Positions 30,372 through 42,630 are shown, numbered from the stretch's first letter. The stretch is DNA of 49,974 nucleotides from an uncultured Candidatus Rokubacteria bacterium (GCA_963754315.1 CAVWFS010000012.1:1-49974), one strand, 5' to 3'. The notes: generated by a model from the letters alone, not told the origin. Program-made: numbers and translations.

Positions 30372-30440
30372 GGCTGAACCTCCATCCTGGATCGTACCAA
30401 CCTTTCCTCGCAGGATGCCACGCCCACTGCTGGCATCTGC

Positions 30441-30497
30441 GCCGAGCGCTCAGGCTGACCGGCCGGCGTCAGCCGGCCCGGTCCAGCCTGGTTAGGC
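30441..30497 (-). other. attC-like site
   Basis: Minus strand R'' GCCTAAC (contains the brnA stop), L'' GCTGGACC, hairpin, L' GGTCAGC, CTGAGC, R' GCTCGGC; homologous to 29815-29878. Confidence 0.75.
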
Positions 30498-30725
30498 GCA
30501 CCGTCGGCCTGCTGGCCGAGGTGGTATCACTTCCAGCAAGGTGCGGAGTGCCCGGTTCACCGCGGCAGCGCTCGAGAACACGGCAGCGACATCCGGATCG
30601 AGCACCACGACGTTCGTTCCTGCACGATATCTGGACGCGTATTTGCCCCTGACCGCCCCACGAAAATCGTAGTGGGGTCGCATCGTGTCTCGGTCAGCTC
30701 GTCGACTAACTCTCTTCTTCTTCAT
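30492..30725 (-). CDS. BrnA-like antitoxin
   Basis: MRPHYDFRGAVRGKYA...VVLDPDVAAVFSSAAAVNRALRTL. Confidence 0.8.
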   Translation of the reverse strand: MKKKRVSRRADRDTMRPHYDFRGAVRGKYASRYRAGTNVVVLDPDVAAVFSSAAAVNRALRTLLEVIPPRPAGRRCA

Positions 30726-30885
30726 AGATCCGCTTCAGCGTTCCTCGTCCTCGGAGTGGTCGGGATCGGAGATCGTCACGTGACAAGGAGTCGTCGAAAA
30801 CGGTCGTAGCTTCCTGGAGGCCCACGCCGTGCTTCCGCTCGTTCGATGCCGCCTACCGAGGGTCTCAAAGAAATCGCAAGGCCAT
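30722..30885 (-). pseudogene. BrnT toxin pseudogene
   Basis: MALRFL*DPR*AASNERKHGV...VFDD...DPDHSEDEER, then a jump to the C-terminus: two in-frame stops plus an internal deletion. Confidence 0.75.
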
Positions 30886-31001
30886 CGATGTACTGTATCT
30901 CGACCGTGCGGTCGCCCATCCTCCGAAAGCTCGCTGTAGCTGGCCTGAGGCTGTCCCACTAACCCTGTGGCACACTGAAACTGTCGGAAGCGCACGACGC
31001 C

Positions 31002-32225
31002 GTGGAAAAGTCGGAACTCCTCAAAGAGCTTCGTCTGGACAAGAACGCCGCCCGCACGCCGCGGTCGCGCGCCCGTCTATTCATCGTGATCGGGATTGCC
31101 GTGCTGGCGCTGGGGGCTGGGCTCTGGTTCGGGCTGGCCGAGCCAAGTGCACCCACCGTGCGCACGGCGGTCGCGCGCGCCGCCGATCAGGGCGCCGGCT
31201 CGGTGCTGGACGCCAGTGGCTACGTCACCGCGCGCCGCCAGGCCACGGTCTCGGCCAAGGTCACCGGCAAGGTCACCGAGGTGCTGATCGAGGAAGGGAT
31301 GCGCGTGCAGGAGGGCGCGGTGCTGGCGCGCCTCGACGACACCGAGGCCAGAGCGCAGCTCGCGCTGGCCCGAGCCCAGCTCGCCTCCACTCGCTCGCAG
31401 CTGGCCGAGATCCGCGCTCAGCTCGAGCAGGCCGAGCGCGATTTCACCCGACAGAGCCAGCTCTGGGAACGCCAGCTCATCGCCGCCCAGGCGCTCGATG
31501 CCGCCCGGGCCCAGCGCGACGCGCTCCGGGCTCGGCTCATTGCCGCCGAGGAGCAGATCAAGGTGGCCGAGGAATCTGTGGCGGTGGCCGAGGTCCAGCT
31601 CGACAACACGGTGGTGCGCGCACCCTTCACCGGGGTCGTCATCGCCAAGGCGGCGCAGCCGGGCGAGATGATCTCTCCGCTCTCGGCCGGCGGGAGCTTC
31701 ACCCGCACGGGAATCGGGACCATCGTGGACATGGACTCGCTCGAGATCCAGGTGGACGTCAACGAGGCCTTCATCAACCGGGTGACGCCCGGGCAGCCGG
31801 TGGAGGCCACCTTGAACGCCTATCCGGACTGGAAGATTCCGGGTGCGGTCATCGCCACGATCCCCACCGCGGACCGCAGCAAGGCCACCGTGAAGGTCCG
31901 CATCGCCATCAAGCAGAAAGACCCGCGCATCGTGCCGGACATGGGTGTGCGGGTCGCCTTCCTGAACCCGGAGCCGGCGGGCGCGCGCGCGGCCAAGATG
32001 CAAGGCGTCCTCGTCCCCACGGAAGCGGTGCGCGGTGAGGGCGCTCAGGCCGTGGTGTTCGTGTACGCGGCTGACAAGGTCGAGCGCCGGAAAGTCACCT
32101 TGGGGCAGACCGTGGGCGCCAACCGCGTGGTGCTGAGCGGCGTGCGCGATGGCGAGCAGGTCGTGCTGGCGCCACCGGAGTCGCTCAAGGACGGCGACAC
32201 CGTGAAGCTCGCCAAGACCAGTTGA
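31002..32225 (+). CDS. Efflux periplasmic adaptor (MacA/HlyD-family MFP)
   Basis: N-terminal TM, LDASGYVTARRQATVSAKVTG, VRAPFTGVV, DRSKATVKVR, VPDMG. Confidence 0.92.
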   Translation: MEKSELLKELRLDKNAARTPRSRARLFIVIGIAVLALGAGLWFGLAEPSAPTVRTAVARAADQGAGSVLDASGYVTARRQATVSAKVTGKVTEVLIEEGMRVQEGAVLARLDDTEARAQLALARAQLASTRSQLAEIRAQLEQAERDFTRQSQLWERQLIAAQALDAARAQRDALRARLIAAEEQIKVAEESVAVAEVQLDNTVVRAPFTGVVIAKAAQPGEMISPLSAGGSFTRTGIGTIVDMDSLEIQVDVNEAFINRVTPGQPVEATLNAYPDWKIPGAVIATIPTADRSKATVKVRIAIKQKDPRIVPDMGVRVAFLNPEPAGARAAKMQGVLVPTEAVRGEGAQAVVFVYAADKVERRKVTLGQTVGANRVVLSGVRDGEQVVLAPPESLKDGDTVKLAKTS

Positions 32226-32312
32226 CTCCTGAGAACGCTGCGCTGGCGCGGGGGAGAGCCTGGCTCGGCGTTTTCTGGTGCGTGCCTTTCCGTGTGGAAT
32301 GGGCGATAGTGA

Positions 32313-33140
32313 ATGGGACAACATGCCCGGGAGGGCGCAGCCTTGCAGGCGCAATCCATCAGGCGCATCATTCTGGAACAGTCGAGGCGCGCGCACGTCG
32401 GTCACATCGGGTCGGCGCTCTCGGTCGCCGATATCATGGCCGCCCTCTACGGGCACATTCTCAACATCTCCGAGCCGGCCGATCCCGACCGCGACCGCTT
32501 CGTGCTTTCCAAAGGGCATGCCTCGCTTGCTCTCTATGGCGCACTCTTCCTCAAGGGCTGGATCTCCGCCGAGCGGCTGAACACCTACTGCGGCGACGAC
32601 AGCTTGCTCGGCGTCCATCCCGAGCGCGCCCTGCGTGGGGTGGATTTCACGACCGGCTCGCTCGGACACGGGCTGCCGTTTGGAGCCGGCGCCGCGCTCT
32701 GGCGCTCGCTTCCAGCGCTCCCGGCGCCGCGTCGTTCGTCCTGCTCAGCGATGCCGAGTGTAACGAGGGATCGCTCTGGGAGGCGGTCATGTTCGCCGCC
32801 CACCATCGTCTAGCGCAACTTGGTCGCCATCATCGATCTTAACGGCCAGCAAGCGCTCGGCTACACCGAGCGACGTGTTGTCGCTGTCGCCCATGGCGGA
32901 TCGCTGGCGAAGTTTCGGCTGGGACGTGCACGAGGTCGACGGCCACCGACGTACCCGATCTCGTCCAGCACGGTGGCACGGGCTCGACACCGCCGGCGGC
33001 CCGCCGCACGTGCTGATTGCCCGCACGACGTTCGGCAAGGGCGTCTCGTTCATGGAGGGCCAGATCAAGTGGCACTATCTGGCCGATGTCGGATGCCGAG
33101 TATGCGCAGGCCCTCGAGGAGATCGGAGCGCGGGTCGTGA
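32313..33140 (+). CDS. Transketolase N-terminal subunit (multiple frameshifts)
   Basis: GHIGSALSVAD, DRDRFVLSKGHA, TGSLGHGLP, SDAECNEGSLWEA, TTFGKGVSFME. Confidence 0.85.
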
Positions 33141-34108
33141 GGAAGGCCTTCGTGGAGACCTTGACGCGGCTGGCCGAGGCGGTGACGACGCGCATTCTGC
33201 TTGCTGACCGGCGATCTCGGCTTCATGGCGCTGGAACCGTTTGCGGAGGCGCTATCCGCGCCGCTTCTACAACGTCGGGGTGGCGGAGCAGAACATGATC
33301 GGGCTTGGCCACCGGTCTCGCCGAGGCGCGGCGCCATGCCCTTCGTATACTCGATCGCCACGTTCGCCATGCTCCGGCCCTACGAGTTCATCCGCAACGG
33401 GCCCGATCCTGCATCAGTTCCCGGTGCGCATCGTCGGCGTTGGGGGCGGGTTCGAATATGGCATTGCCGGCCATTCGCATCACGGGCTCGAGGACATCGC
33501 GGTCGCTGCGCGTGCAGCCCGGACCTGACCGTCATCGCGCCGGCCGATCACGAGCAGATGCGCGACGGCGCTGCTGCGCAACCTGGAATCTGCCCGGGGC
33601 CGATCTATTACCGCCTCGGGAAGGACGACGTGACGACGGTGCCCGGTCTGAACGGCCGGTTCGATCTGGGGCACGCGCAGGTGATACGTCGCGGGGGCGA
33701 TGTCGTGCATCTTGACGATGGGCAGCATCGCGGTCGGAAGCGGCGGCGGCCGCCGACGCTGTTTGCGTGCGCGCGGCATCTTCGCCAGCCGTGCTCGTGA
33801 TCGCCAGCATCAGCCCGCCGCCGGTCGCCGACATCGCGGCCGCCCTCCAAGGCATGCGGACCGCCCTCACCGTGGAGGCGCACTACATCGACGGGCGGAC
33901 TGGGTTCCCTCGTCTGCGAGGTAGTAGCGCGAGCATGGGATCGGCTGCCGCGTGGTGCGGTGTGGGGTCAAGACGACGCCGCGCAGCCGGACAGGAGGGG
34001 CCAGGCCTACTTCGCACACGCGCGCACGGGCTCACGCGCGACGTTGATGGCGACGTCGGCACGGGACGCCCTCGCGAGCACCCACCGCGCCGCGCCGCGG
34101 TGGTATGA
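33137..34108 (+). CDS. Transketolase C-terminal subunit (multiple frameshifts)
   Basis: RKAFVETL, LTGDLGF, NVGVAEQNMIG, RPYEFIRN, SHHGLEDIA, GPIYYRLGK, TVEAHY. Confidence 0.85.
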
Positions 34109-34810
34109 CGAGCCGCCTGGTATCGATCGTCTTGCCGGTGCACAACCAGGCGCGATCACATCGGAAGCGATCGTCGAGGAGTATCACGGCCGCGTTGACT
34201 CGTGTGCCCGTCTCCGCACGAGATGCTGCTCGTCGCCAACGGCTGTCGCGATGACTCCCTCCTCGTGTGCCACGAGCTCGCCGGCCGCGTACGCCGATGT
34301 GCGCGTCGCTCGAGATGCGAGCCGAGCTGGATGGGGCCGGGCGGTGGCGGCAGGGCTCGCGGCCGCGCGCGGGGATCTGCTCTGTTACACGAACTCGGCG
34401 CGCACGGCGGCCGCAGGATCTGCTCGCTGTTACTGCTCTACGCGGTTGCATATCCCGGACGTCGTGATCAAAGCCAATCGTAAGAGCCGCGAGAACTGGC
34501 GCCGGCGCGCCGGATCGATGCTGTTCAATCTGGAGTGCCGGGTGCTCTTCGACCTGTCCTCCTCGGACATCAACGGAACCCCGAAGGTATTTCCACGCCG
34601 CTTCGACAAGTTGCTTGACCCTGACGCGAGACGGGCGACCTCATCGACGCCGAATTCGGCAGCGTGTGCCGGCGCGAGAACTACCCTGTGCTCGAGGTGC
34701 CGATTTTTTCGAGCCGGCGCCACGGCGGGCGCTCCACGACCGATTACGGCGTCAGCGCTTGAGGCATGTACTGGGGCGCGTACCGGCTGTGGCGATCGCA
34801 CAGCGTATGA
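34105..34810 (+). CDS. Glycosyltransferase family 2 (frameshifted)
   Basis: LVSIVLPVHNQ, LLVANGCRDDS, GWGRAVAAGLAAARGDLLCY, DINGTPKVF. Confidence 0.7.
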
Positions 34811-36025
34811 CGCGGTCGCGGTCGGCTGAGCTTGCCGAGCGCTGTGGAACGCGTCACGACGCGGCGTGGCGAGATCCGGCCGAGGTGGCGAGCCTGTGGT
34901 CGACGCGAGTGCGGTGGACCCGAGCCTGCTGCGCTTTACCACGCGTCAGCGGCTGGTGGGAGTCGCTCGCGGAACGGGGGGCGACCCTGCTGGTCACGCG
35001 GGAGTACGAGCACTTGCTCATGGCGCTGCACCCGACGGCGGGCGCGCCCGTCGGTCTCCTTTCTGCCCATGCCACATCCATCCGGCATGGTCGTCGACCG
35101 GCGCGCGCCTGGTCATCCACGTCGCGAGCACGCGCAACCCCAACATCGTGTTCGACTTGGAGCCGGTCGTAAGCCCGTCCGCATACGGCACCGGAGCCAC
35201 CGTGACCACCCCCGACCTGCTCGTTCCCGTCCGATCGCGCTATCTTCCCGGTGCGCCTCTACTTGCACGACCTCGCCCTCATTGGCGGCGTCCTGCACGC
35301 CAATGCCGTCGGCCAGAACGCCGTCGTGCGGCTCGCACGCCGACGGGCGGCTACGAGCCCGTGTGGTGGCCGCGCTGCGTCGAGTCGCCCGACGGCCCGC
35401 GTTTCGATCGCAACTATCTGCAGCTCAACTCGATCGCCGCCGGACGGCGACCTGGCGTCGCTCCTTCTTCTCGGCCTCGGCCGACCGCTCCGTCAGCGCG
35501 GCGGCCTGGGCACCGTAATTTCCCGGTCGACGGCCGCGGCGTGATCTTCTCGGGCTCCACGTCGCGAGCCGATCGCGCGCGGCTGACGCGCCCGCATTCG
35601 GCCCGCTTGCATGCGCGGCCGCATCTGGGTCGTGCAACAGCGGCTACGGCGAGGTCGGGCGTCATCGAGCGACGGCCGCTTCGTCGCCGTGGCCCGCCTG
35701 CCCGGCTGGACGCGCGGGCTCGTGCTTCTGCGGGCGAGGTCGCGTTCGTCGGCACCTCGCGCGTCATTCCCCGCTTTCGGCACTACGCGCCGGGCCTCGA
35801 TGTGGACGCCAGCGTGTGCGGCATCCACGCGGTCGACACCCGCGTCGGGCGCGGTACTCGGGCAGCGTGCATCTGGCCCTAGGGCAACCAGATCTTTGCC
35901 ATCGACTGGCTCCCGGCGTCGGTGACATCGGGCTTGCCGTTCTCGGCCGCGCGCGGCGTGCGACACGCGAGCGGGATTCTTTTCCTCGCTTCGTTACCGC
36001 GCGCACTGGAAGAGCGAGGCCATGA
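34807..36025 (+). CDS. TIGR03032/DUF4915-like protein (frameshifted)
   Basis: LHDLA, DRNYLQLNSIA, LTRPHSARL, PGWTRGL, AFVGTSR resemble DUF4915 motifs. Confidence 0.7.
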
Positions 36026-36964
36026 CCAGCGACTTTCGCACTGTTGATGCTCGGCGCGATGTACGAGAACGGCGGCAACACCACGCAGCGGCTTGCTCGA
36101 CGGCCATCCCGAGCTGTTCGTCTACCCCTTCGAATCGCAGCTCGGTACCCGCCTCGTGGCCGACAACCTCGTCGTCGATGTTTCCCGCTCAAGTATCGCT
36201 GGCCGGTCTTCGCCCTCGACGCGACGGCGGAGGACGACTACCGCGCCATCATCGACGAGGAGTGCAAGGTGCGCGCGCGCACGCCGCACGTGAGCAAGTT
36301 CCGCCACGTGCCGTTCGACTTCTCCGACGACGAGCGGTGCACGCCTATCGTCGGCTACGTCGCGACGACCGGGCGGACTCGCGGGCGACAATGTCGCCGC
36401 GTTCTTCCGCGCCACCTTCGACGCCTGGAAGGACTATCGGCGCACGGCCGCGCAGCGGGTCTACGTCGGCTACAGCCCGATCATCGTCGTCGACGCCGAG
36501 AAGATCCTCGCGCGAGTTGCCGGCCGCGCACGTGCTGCACGTCGTGCGCAACCCGTGGTCCGCCTACGCCGACACCAAGAAGCGCCCGGTCCCCCTGTCG
36601 CTGGACGCACTACCTGCTGGGCTGGACGGTGAACCAGTACTACGCCCTCCTCTTCCAGCGCCTGCTTCCCGGGCGGATGCACATCGTCCGCCTCGAGGAC
36701 GTGATGGCCGATCCGGTCGGAGGCGCTGCGGCCCGTCTGCGACGGCGCCTCGGCGTGGAGGCCGCGCGAATCGCTCGCGCACGCCGAGCTGGAACGGCAC
36801 CGCGCTGGAGGAGGTCTACCCGTGGGGAACGATCCGGCGGGCGACGCCGGAGGCGAACCGCGCGACGGCGGCGGAGCTGTCGGCGGCGAGCGCGAGCGAG
36901 ATCCGCGAGCGCGCCCGGCACTATCTCGAGGCCTTCGACTACGCGAGCTTTCCTCTGACGATGA
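36022..36964 (+). CDS. Sulfotransferase-family protein (frameshifted)
   Basis: LGAMYENGGNTTQR.LDGHPEL (5'-PSB-like), LHVVRNPWSAYAD (3'-PB-like), HIVRLEDVMADP. Confidence 0.65.
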
Positions 36965-37954
36965 AGCGCGTTCTGATCACCGGCGGCACCGGGTTCGTGG
37001 GCGCAAACCTGACGCGCCGGCTGCTCGCGCGACGGATATGACGTGCACCTGCTGTTGCGCGGGAGACGCACGATGACGTGGCGGATCGAGGCGATCCGCC
37101 ACGTCGGTCACCCTGCATATCAGCGATCTACGGGATCTCGCCGCGCGTCACCCGGGTCGTCGAACGGATTCGCCCCGCTTGGATCTTCCATCTGGCCGCG
37201 CATGGCGGCTACTCCGCACCAGACGGACCTGGGCGATATCGTGACGCACCAACGTCGTGGGCACCGCGAATCTGCTCGAGGCGTGCCTCGCACACCGGGT
37301 TCGAAGTCGTTCGTGAACACCGGATCGTCCTCCGAGTATGGGTTCAAGGACCACCCCGCGGCCGAGGACGGAGGCGCTCGAACCGAACAGCTATTACGCG
37401 GTGGCCAAGGCCTCGGCCACGCCTCCTCTGCCGCCATGTGGGCGCGCACGCGACGGATTGCGAATCCCGACCTTGCGCCTCTATTCGGTGTACGGACCGT
37501 ACGAGGACCCGAACCGCCTCGTGCCTGCCCTCATCGTCCACGGCTTGCGCGGACTGCTCCCGCCCTTGACTCTCCCCCGAGACGGCGCGTGACTTCGTCT
37601 ACGTCGATGATGTGGTCGACGCATTTCTCCTCGCCGCGGCGGCTGGACGGAAGTGACCCTGGCGCCATCTACAACGTGGGCTCGGGCATCCAGACGTCGC
37701 TGCGTCGACCTGGTGGAGCTCGCGCGCCAGGAGCTCGGCATCGCCACCGCGCCCCGTCTGGGGATCGATGCCGAGCCGGGCGTGGGACACCGACGTGTGG
37801 GTGGCCGATACGCGCAAGATTCAGCGCCGAGCTCGGCTGGCGCCCCACGCGCTCAATGGCTCAAGGCTTCACGAGCACGCTGGCGTGGCTGCGCGCTGAC
37901 CACCAGCTCCGCCGTCTGTACCAGCTGCGGCTGGGGGACCCCGGGTCGAGCTGA
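36961..37954 (+). CDS. NAD-dependent epimerase/dehydratase (frameshifted)
   Basis: MKRVLITGGTGFVG, IFHLAA, FVNTGSSSEYG, PNSYYAVAKAS, LRLYSVYGP, RDFVYVDDVV, IYNVGSG. Confidence 0.85.
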
Positions 37955-39410
37955 TGACGAGCCGGCTCGCTGTCGACCCCGGAACTTACCCCTCGCGGGC
38001 AGGTGTTCCCTGCTTCTCCGATCTCCCCGACGTATACGATGAGGGCGGCGGCGGCCGGCGAGATGATCTGCATCAAGTAACGAAAGGGGACGTGAGGATT
38101 GAAATACGCGAAGAGCAGGTAAGTCCCCAGGGAATAGGCGGCCATGAAGCGCGGCGCCGACATTGTCGGTCTTGTAGACGACGAATCCACTCACCATCAG
38201 AAACACCACCGTCAGCCATGGTACACATGCCGATGAAAGAGAACATGGACCCACTGCTCCAGGAACGTGAACGATCGACTCGGCTTCGTCGCTTCCTGGT
38301 CGACGTCGAAGTACGGGGCATAGTAGCCCTTCACGAACGAATAGCGTCGCATCGCCCCCTCCATCTCGCCAAACCTGAAGAGGCCTACTTCGAGGCTGTG
38401 CGTATCCGTCAAGTAGGTGAGGGGGGCGGCTATCAGCCAAATCATGGTATTCGCCCATCCATTCTGGCGAAAGATTCCTCGGAGGTCGGAGTAGGCCGCG
38501 ATGGGCGCACCCAGATCTGCCAAACCATGAACGAGATCTCGACACAAAGACTCCTTGATTATGCGCGCCCCTTCCGACGTTGTGCAGTCCGTGGCATACA
38601 TACTGGTCTTACAGCGTAGGGCACATTGCATTGATAGCGTCACGCCCTGGCCCATCGAAAACCGTACTTCGCCGCCCACAGACGGGATATAGCGTTGCAG
38701 GGTAAGATTCGACGCCAGGAGCGCGGTGAGCATGACACCCGGCAACCATAGCATCCGCACCCACGCCGCGATGAAGGCAGCCGTGCCCAGCTTTTGCGTC
38801 TGACCAGTCCTATACCGACCACGAGGAGGACGCTGAAGGGGTATACCAGCATGACATAGCGAGTGTGATAAGAAACCACGAAGAGTCCCGCGCCGACGAT
38901 CAGCCAACGAAGCGATCCAGTCTGGAAATACCGGCATGACGCCGCGACCATGAGCGAAAGCTGCGCAAGGCTGGTCATCTCACTCCAGAAGGCGTTCGCC
39001 ATCAAGAGATTTGAGATGAGAACGAAGAGGGCCAAGCCCAGCACCAACCCGTACCGCAGTAGCTCCGCCCCCGAGCGTACGGCGGCGCGAGGCTTTCCAG
39101 ACACGGCTCCGGAATTACGAAGAGCCTCGTTCAGCGGTAAAAAGAGAAAGACCGAGAGGCAGAAGGAGTTCCAGAGGAGGACAAGATTGGCAAACGCGGG
39201 GGGACGGAAGTATCCGGCGATGATGGCAAGGAACTTGAGGATATAGCCGAAAACGAGGGGATGGGTATCATGTAATCGCGGAGCAACGGAAAGATCGAGA
39301 TAATGATAGCTGTCATATGTGAGAAACGGTGGTCGCAACGAAAGGACGAGTGCAGAGATGAAGGCAAAGAAGAGGAGAAACTGGATAGGCGGCTTCAGGA
39401 GAAGGGTCAC
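37861..39410 (-). CDS. Polytopic membrane protein, possible glycan polymerase/GT-C-like transferase (frameshifted, lower GC)
   Basis: Hydrophobic helices across ORFs 38640..39410, 38212..38937 and 37861..38190; early TYDSYHY motif and late FRY motif. Confidence 0.55.
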
Positions 39411-39679
39411 GGGCTAATGGCGCATGCGGTGGGGGATGGCCGGCGTGAGGACGGGGCTGGCAATGGCGCGCCGCGGCGGCCACCCGAGGAATGGGCCACG
39501 GGCGAGCGTAGCATGGCGTGGCCGGGCCCGCATCCCTGCCGCATGGCCGTCGACGGCGCTGTCGTCCGGCGGAACGCCATCATCCTGAAATACATCTTAC
39601 GAGTATCCACCGGCGCGTGAAGCCGCCTGGCGTCCGCACGGACCCGGACGACCCCGTGTCCGCCGCCTCACGGTCCTGC

Positions 39680-39760
39680 GATGGTCCCGACCTGGTGCTC
39701 GAGCCGTTCCCCGTCTTCGGTCAGGATGCCGATCCGGCTCTCCTGCTTGTGGACGTCGAG
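39680..39760 (-). mobile_element. IS110-family transposase N-terminal fragment (scar)
   Basis: LDVHKQESRIGILTEDGERLEHQVGT resembles the IS110 DEDD N-terminus (GxDVHK); stops immediately after. Confidence 0.6.
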
Positions 39761-39832
39761 TGAAAAGGGAATTCGACGTTGATGTTCGAGGGGCGCCCCG
39801 GGTCCCCCGGGGCGTCTCCGAGTGAGGGGGGT

Positions 39833-40537
<705 letters not shown>

Positions 40538-40715
40538 GGTACCTGCCCGACGCCAAGCGCCTGCTCACGCACGGCCCGCTACTCAATCATCGAGCCCCTG
40601 CCCATCTCGTATCTGCGGCGCGGAGATCGACCTCGCAGCGTTGCCGCCATTACTAGGCGACGTGACGTTTCACTGTTCGCTTGCTCATGGGTCGAGCTCC
40701 ACATATATTATCAAC

Positions 40716-40949
40716 ATGAAAGCTATACAGGTCATGTTCGATGAGCGGCTGCTCGAGAAGCTCGAAGCCCTGGACGAGGTCCAGAAGGACGGTCGGTCCG
40801 CCGTGCTCCGCCGCGCTGTCGAGGCGTACCTGCGCCAGCGAGGGCGCGCGTCGATCGCGACGCAATACAAGAAGGCCTATCGCGGTGGCAAGGGGCTGGG
40901 GAAGGAGTTTGCGGGGTGGGACGAGCAGGGCGCCTGGCCCGACGAGTGA
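40716..40949 (+). CDS. RHH/CopG-family antitoxin
   Basis: MKAIQVMFDERLLEKL...RSAVLRRAVEAYL; overlaps the toxin start (GTGA). Confidence 0.85.
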   Translation: MKAIQVMFDERLLEKLEALDEVQKDGRSAVLRRAVEAYLRQRGRASIATQYKKAYRGGKGLGKEFAGWDEQGAWPDE

Positions 40950-41281
40950 ACCGGGGTGAGATCTGGCTGTACACGTTCAAGCCTCCCGACAAGCGGCGAC
41001 CGGTGCTCGTCCTGAGCAGGCCCGACGTCATCCCGCTCCTCTCGACGGTCATGGTCGCCCCTATCACGTCGACGATTCACGGTGCGCCGAGCGAGGTCCT
41101 CGTCGGCATCGACACAGGGCTGAAGACCGAGTCCGCCGTGAACCTCGATCACGTGCAGACCGTCGCGCAGGAGGCGCTGCGGCATTACGTCGGCAGCCTG
41201 AGTCGTGAGAAGATGGCGGCCGTCTGCCGGGCGTTGGCCATCGCTGTCGCTTGCGACCCGCACGGTCAGCCAAGCCAGTAG
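40946..41281 (+). CDS. mazF: PemK/MazF-family toxin
   Basis: RGEIW...[10 protein letters not shown]...VMVAPITS...[11 protein letters not shown]. Confidence 0.88.
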   Translation: MNRGEIWLYTFKPPDKRRPVLVLSRPDVIPLLSTVMVAPITSTIHGAPSEVLVGIDTGLKTESAVNLDHVQTVAQEALRHYVGSLSREKMAAVCRALAIAVACDPHGQPSQ

Positions 41282-41295
41282 GTCCACGCGGGGCG

Positions 41296-41467
41296 GTGCG
41301 ACGAGCCGACCGGCGATCTCGACCGGGTCACCGCCGACGAGATCCTGACCCTGCTGCAGACGCTCAATCGTGAGCACGGCAAGACCATCGTGATGGTCAC
41401 CCACGATCCCAAGGCCGCCGAGTACGCGCGGCATCAGCTCCATCTGGACAAGGGGACCTTGGCGTGA
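41296..41467 (+). pseudogene. Duplicated 3' fragment of the ABC ATPase (repeat copy B)
   Basis: [15 protein letters not shown]...HLDKGTLA with no 5' part. Confidence 0.9.
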
Positions 41468-42630
41468 GGTACCTGCCGCTCCTGTGGGCGGGGCTCTTTC
41501 GCAAGAAGACCCGCACGGTGCTCACCCTGCTCTCGGTGCTGGTCGCCTTCCTGCTGTTCGGCCTGCTGCAGGCGGTCAAGGTGGCCTTCGACTCGGGGGT
41601 GGACAGCGCCGACGCCAAGCGCCTGCTCACCACGGCCCGCTACTCGATCATCGAGCCCCTGCCCATCTCGTATCTGCGCCGCATCGAGCAAGTACCTGGT
41701 GTGGTGGCCGTGGCCCACGCCGACTGGTTCGGCGCCAAGTACCAGAACGAGAGCAACGCCTTCCCGGTGTTCGCGGTCGACCCGCGGCGGTACCTCGACA
41801 TGTACCCGGAGTTCACCATTGCCCCCGAGCACCGCGAGGCCTTTGCCAAGACGCGCAGCGGGGCGGTGGCCGGCCAGCGCCTGGTCGACCGCTTTGGCTG
41901 GAAGCTCGGGCAGAAGCTTCCCATCAGCTCGGAGATCCACCTCAAGACGGACGGCAGCCTCCACTGGGAATTCGACCTGGTCGGCATCTTCGACGCCGAC
42001 GACCCGGCTGTCCGGGGCAACACGGACATGGTGCTGATCAACGTGGCGTACTTCGACGAGGCGCGCCTCGCGGGCAAAGGAACCACGGGCTGGTACATCG
42101 AGCGCATCGCCGACTCCGGTCAGGCCAAGGCCATCTCGGCCCAGATCGACGCCATGTTCATGAACTCACCCGACGAGACCAAGACCCAGCCCGAGAAGGA
42201 ATTTGCCATCGGGTTCGCCAAGCAGATCGGCGACATCGGAGCCCTGGTCACCCGCATCCTGGCCGCCGTGTTCTTCACCATCCTGCTTCTCACCGGCAAC
42301 ACCATGGCCCAGTCCATCCGCGAGCGCATTCCGGAGCTGGCCATTCTGAAGACGCTCGGGTTCTCCGACGGCAAGGTGACCCTGCTCGTGCTGGCGGAGG
42401 CGGGCCTGCTGCTGCTCCTCGGCGGCGGGGCGGGCATGGCCATCGCGGTCGGCCTCATGCCCGTCCTCAACGGCTCCACCGGCGGCCGCTTCCCGCCGCT
42501 GTTTGTGAGCGGTGCTACCTGGCTGACGGCCCTGGCCGTGGCCACCGCCCTGGCGCTCGCCATCGGGCTGCCACCGGCGCTGCGCGCCCGCCGCCTGCAG
42601 ATCGTGGACGCGCTGTCGGGCCATCGCTGA
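41464..42630 (+). CDS. ABC permease (FtsX/MacB family)
   Basis: [12 protein letters not shown], large periplasmic domain, [22 protein letters not shown]. Confidence 0.92.
   Translation: MRYLPLLWAGLFRKKTRTVLTLLSVLVAFLLFGLLQAVKVAFDSGVDSADAKRLLTTARYSIIEPLPISYLRRIEQVPGVVAVAHADWFGAKYQNESNAFPVFAVDPRRYLDMYPEFTIAPEHREAFAKTRSGAVAGQRLVDRFGWKLGQKLPISSEIHLKTDGSLHWEFDLVGIFDADDPAVRGNTDMVLINVAYFDEARLAGKGTTGWYIERIADSGQAKAISAQIDAMFMNSPDETKTQPEKEFAIGFAKQIGDIGALVTRILAAVFFTILLLTGNTMAQSIRERIPELAILKTLGFSDGKVTLLVLAEAGLLLLLGGGAGMAIAVGLMPVLNGSTGGRFPPLFVSGATWLTALAVATALALAIGLPPALRARRLQIVDALSGHR

Noticed and set aside
30850..30870. Stop-codon readthrough or recoding (TGA/TAG) in brnT; GGTAGGC as a cassette core site
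   Set aside because: The gene also has a large deletion, and other genes use TGA/TAG as normal stops; GGTAGGC falls inside the brnT coding remnant.
39407..39620. Small ORF or leader peptide upstream of the membrane-protein gene
   Set aside because: No RBS, recognisable motif or coding-like composition to support it.
41484..42629. 779-aa ORF 41484..43823 as one fused permease
   Set aside because: Its N-terminal half is an off-frame Arg/Gly/Pro-rich read of permease 1; the real second permease starts at ATG 42630.
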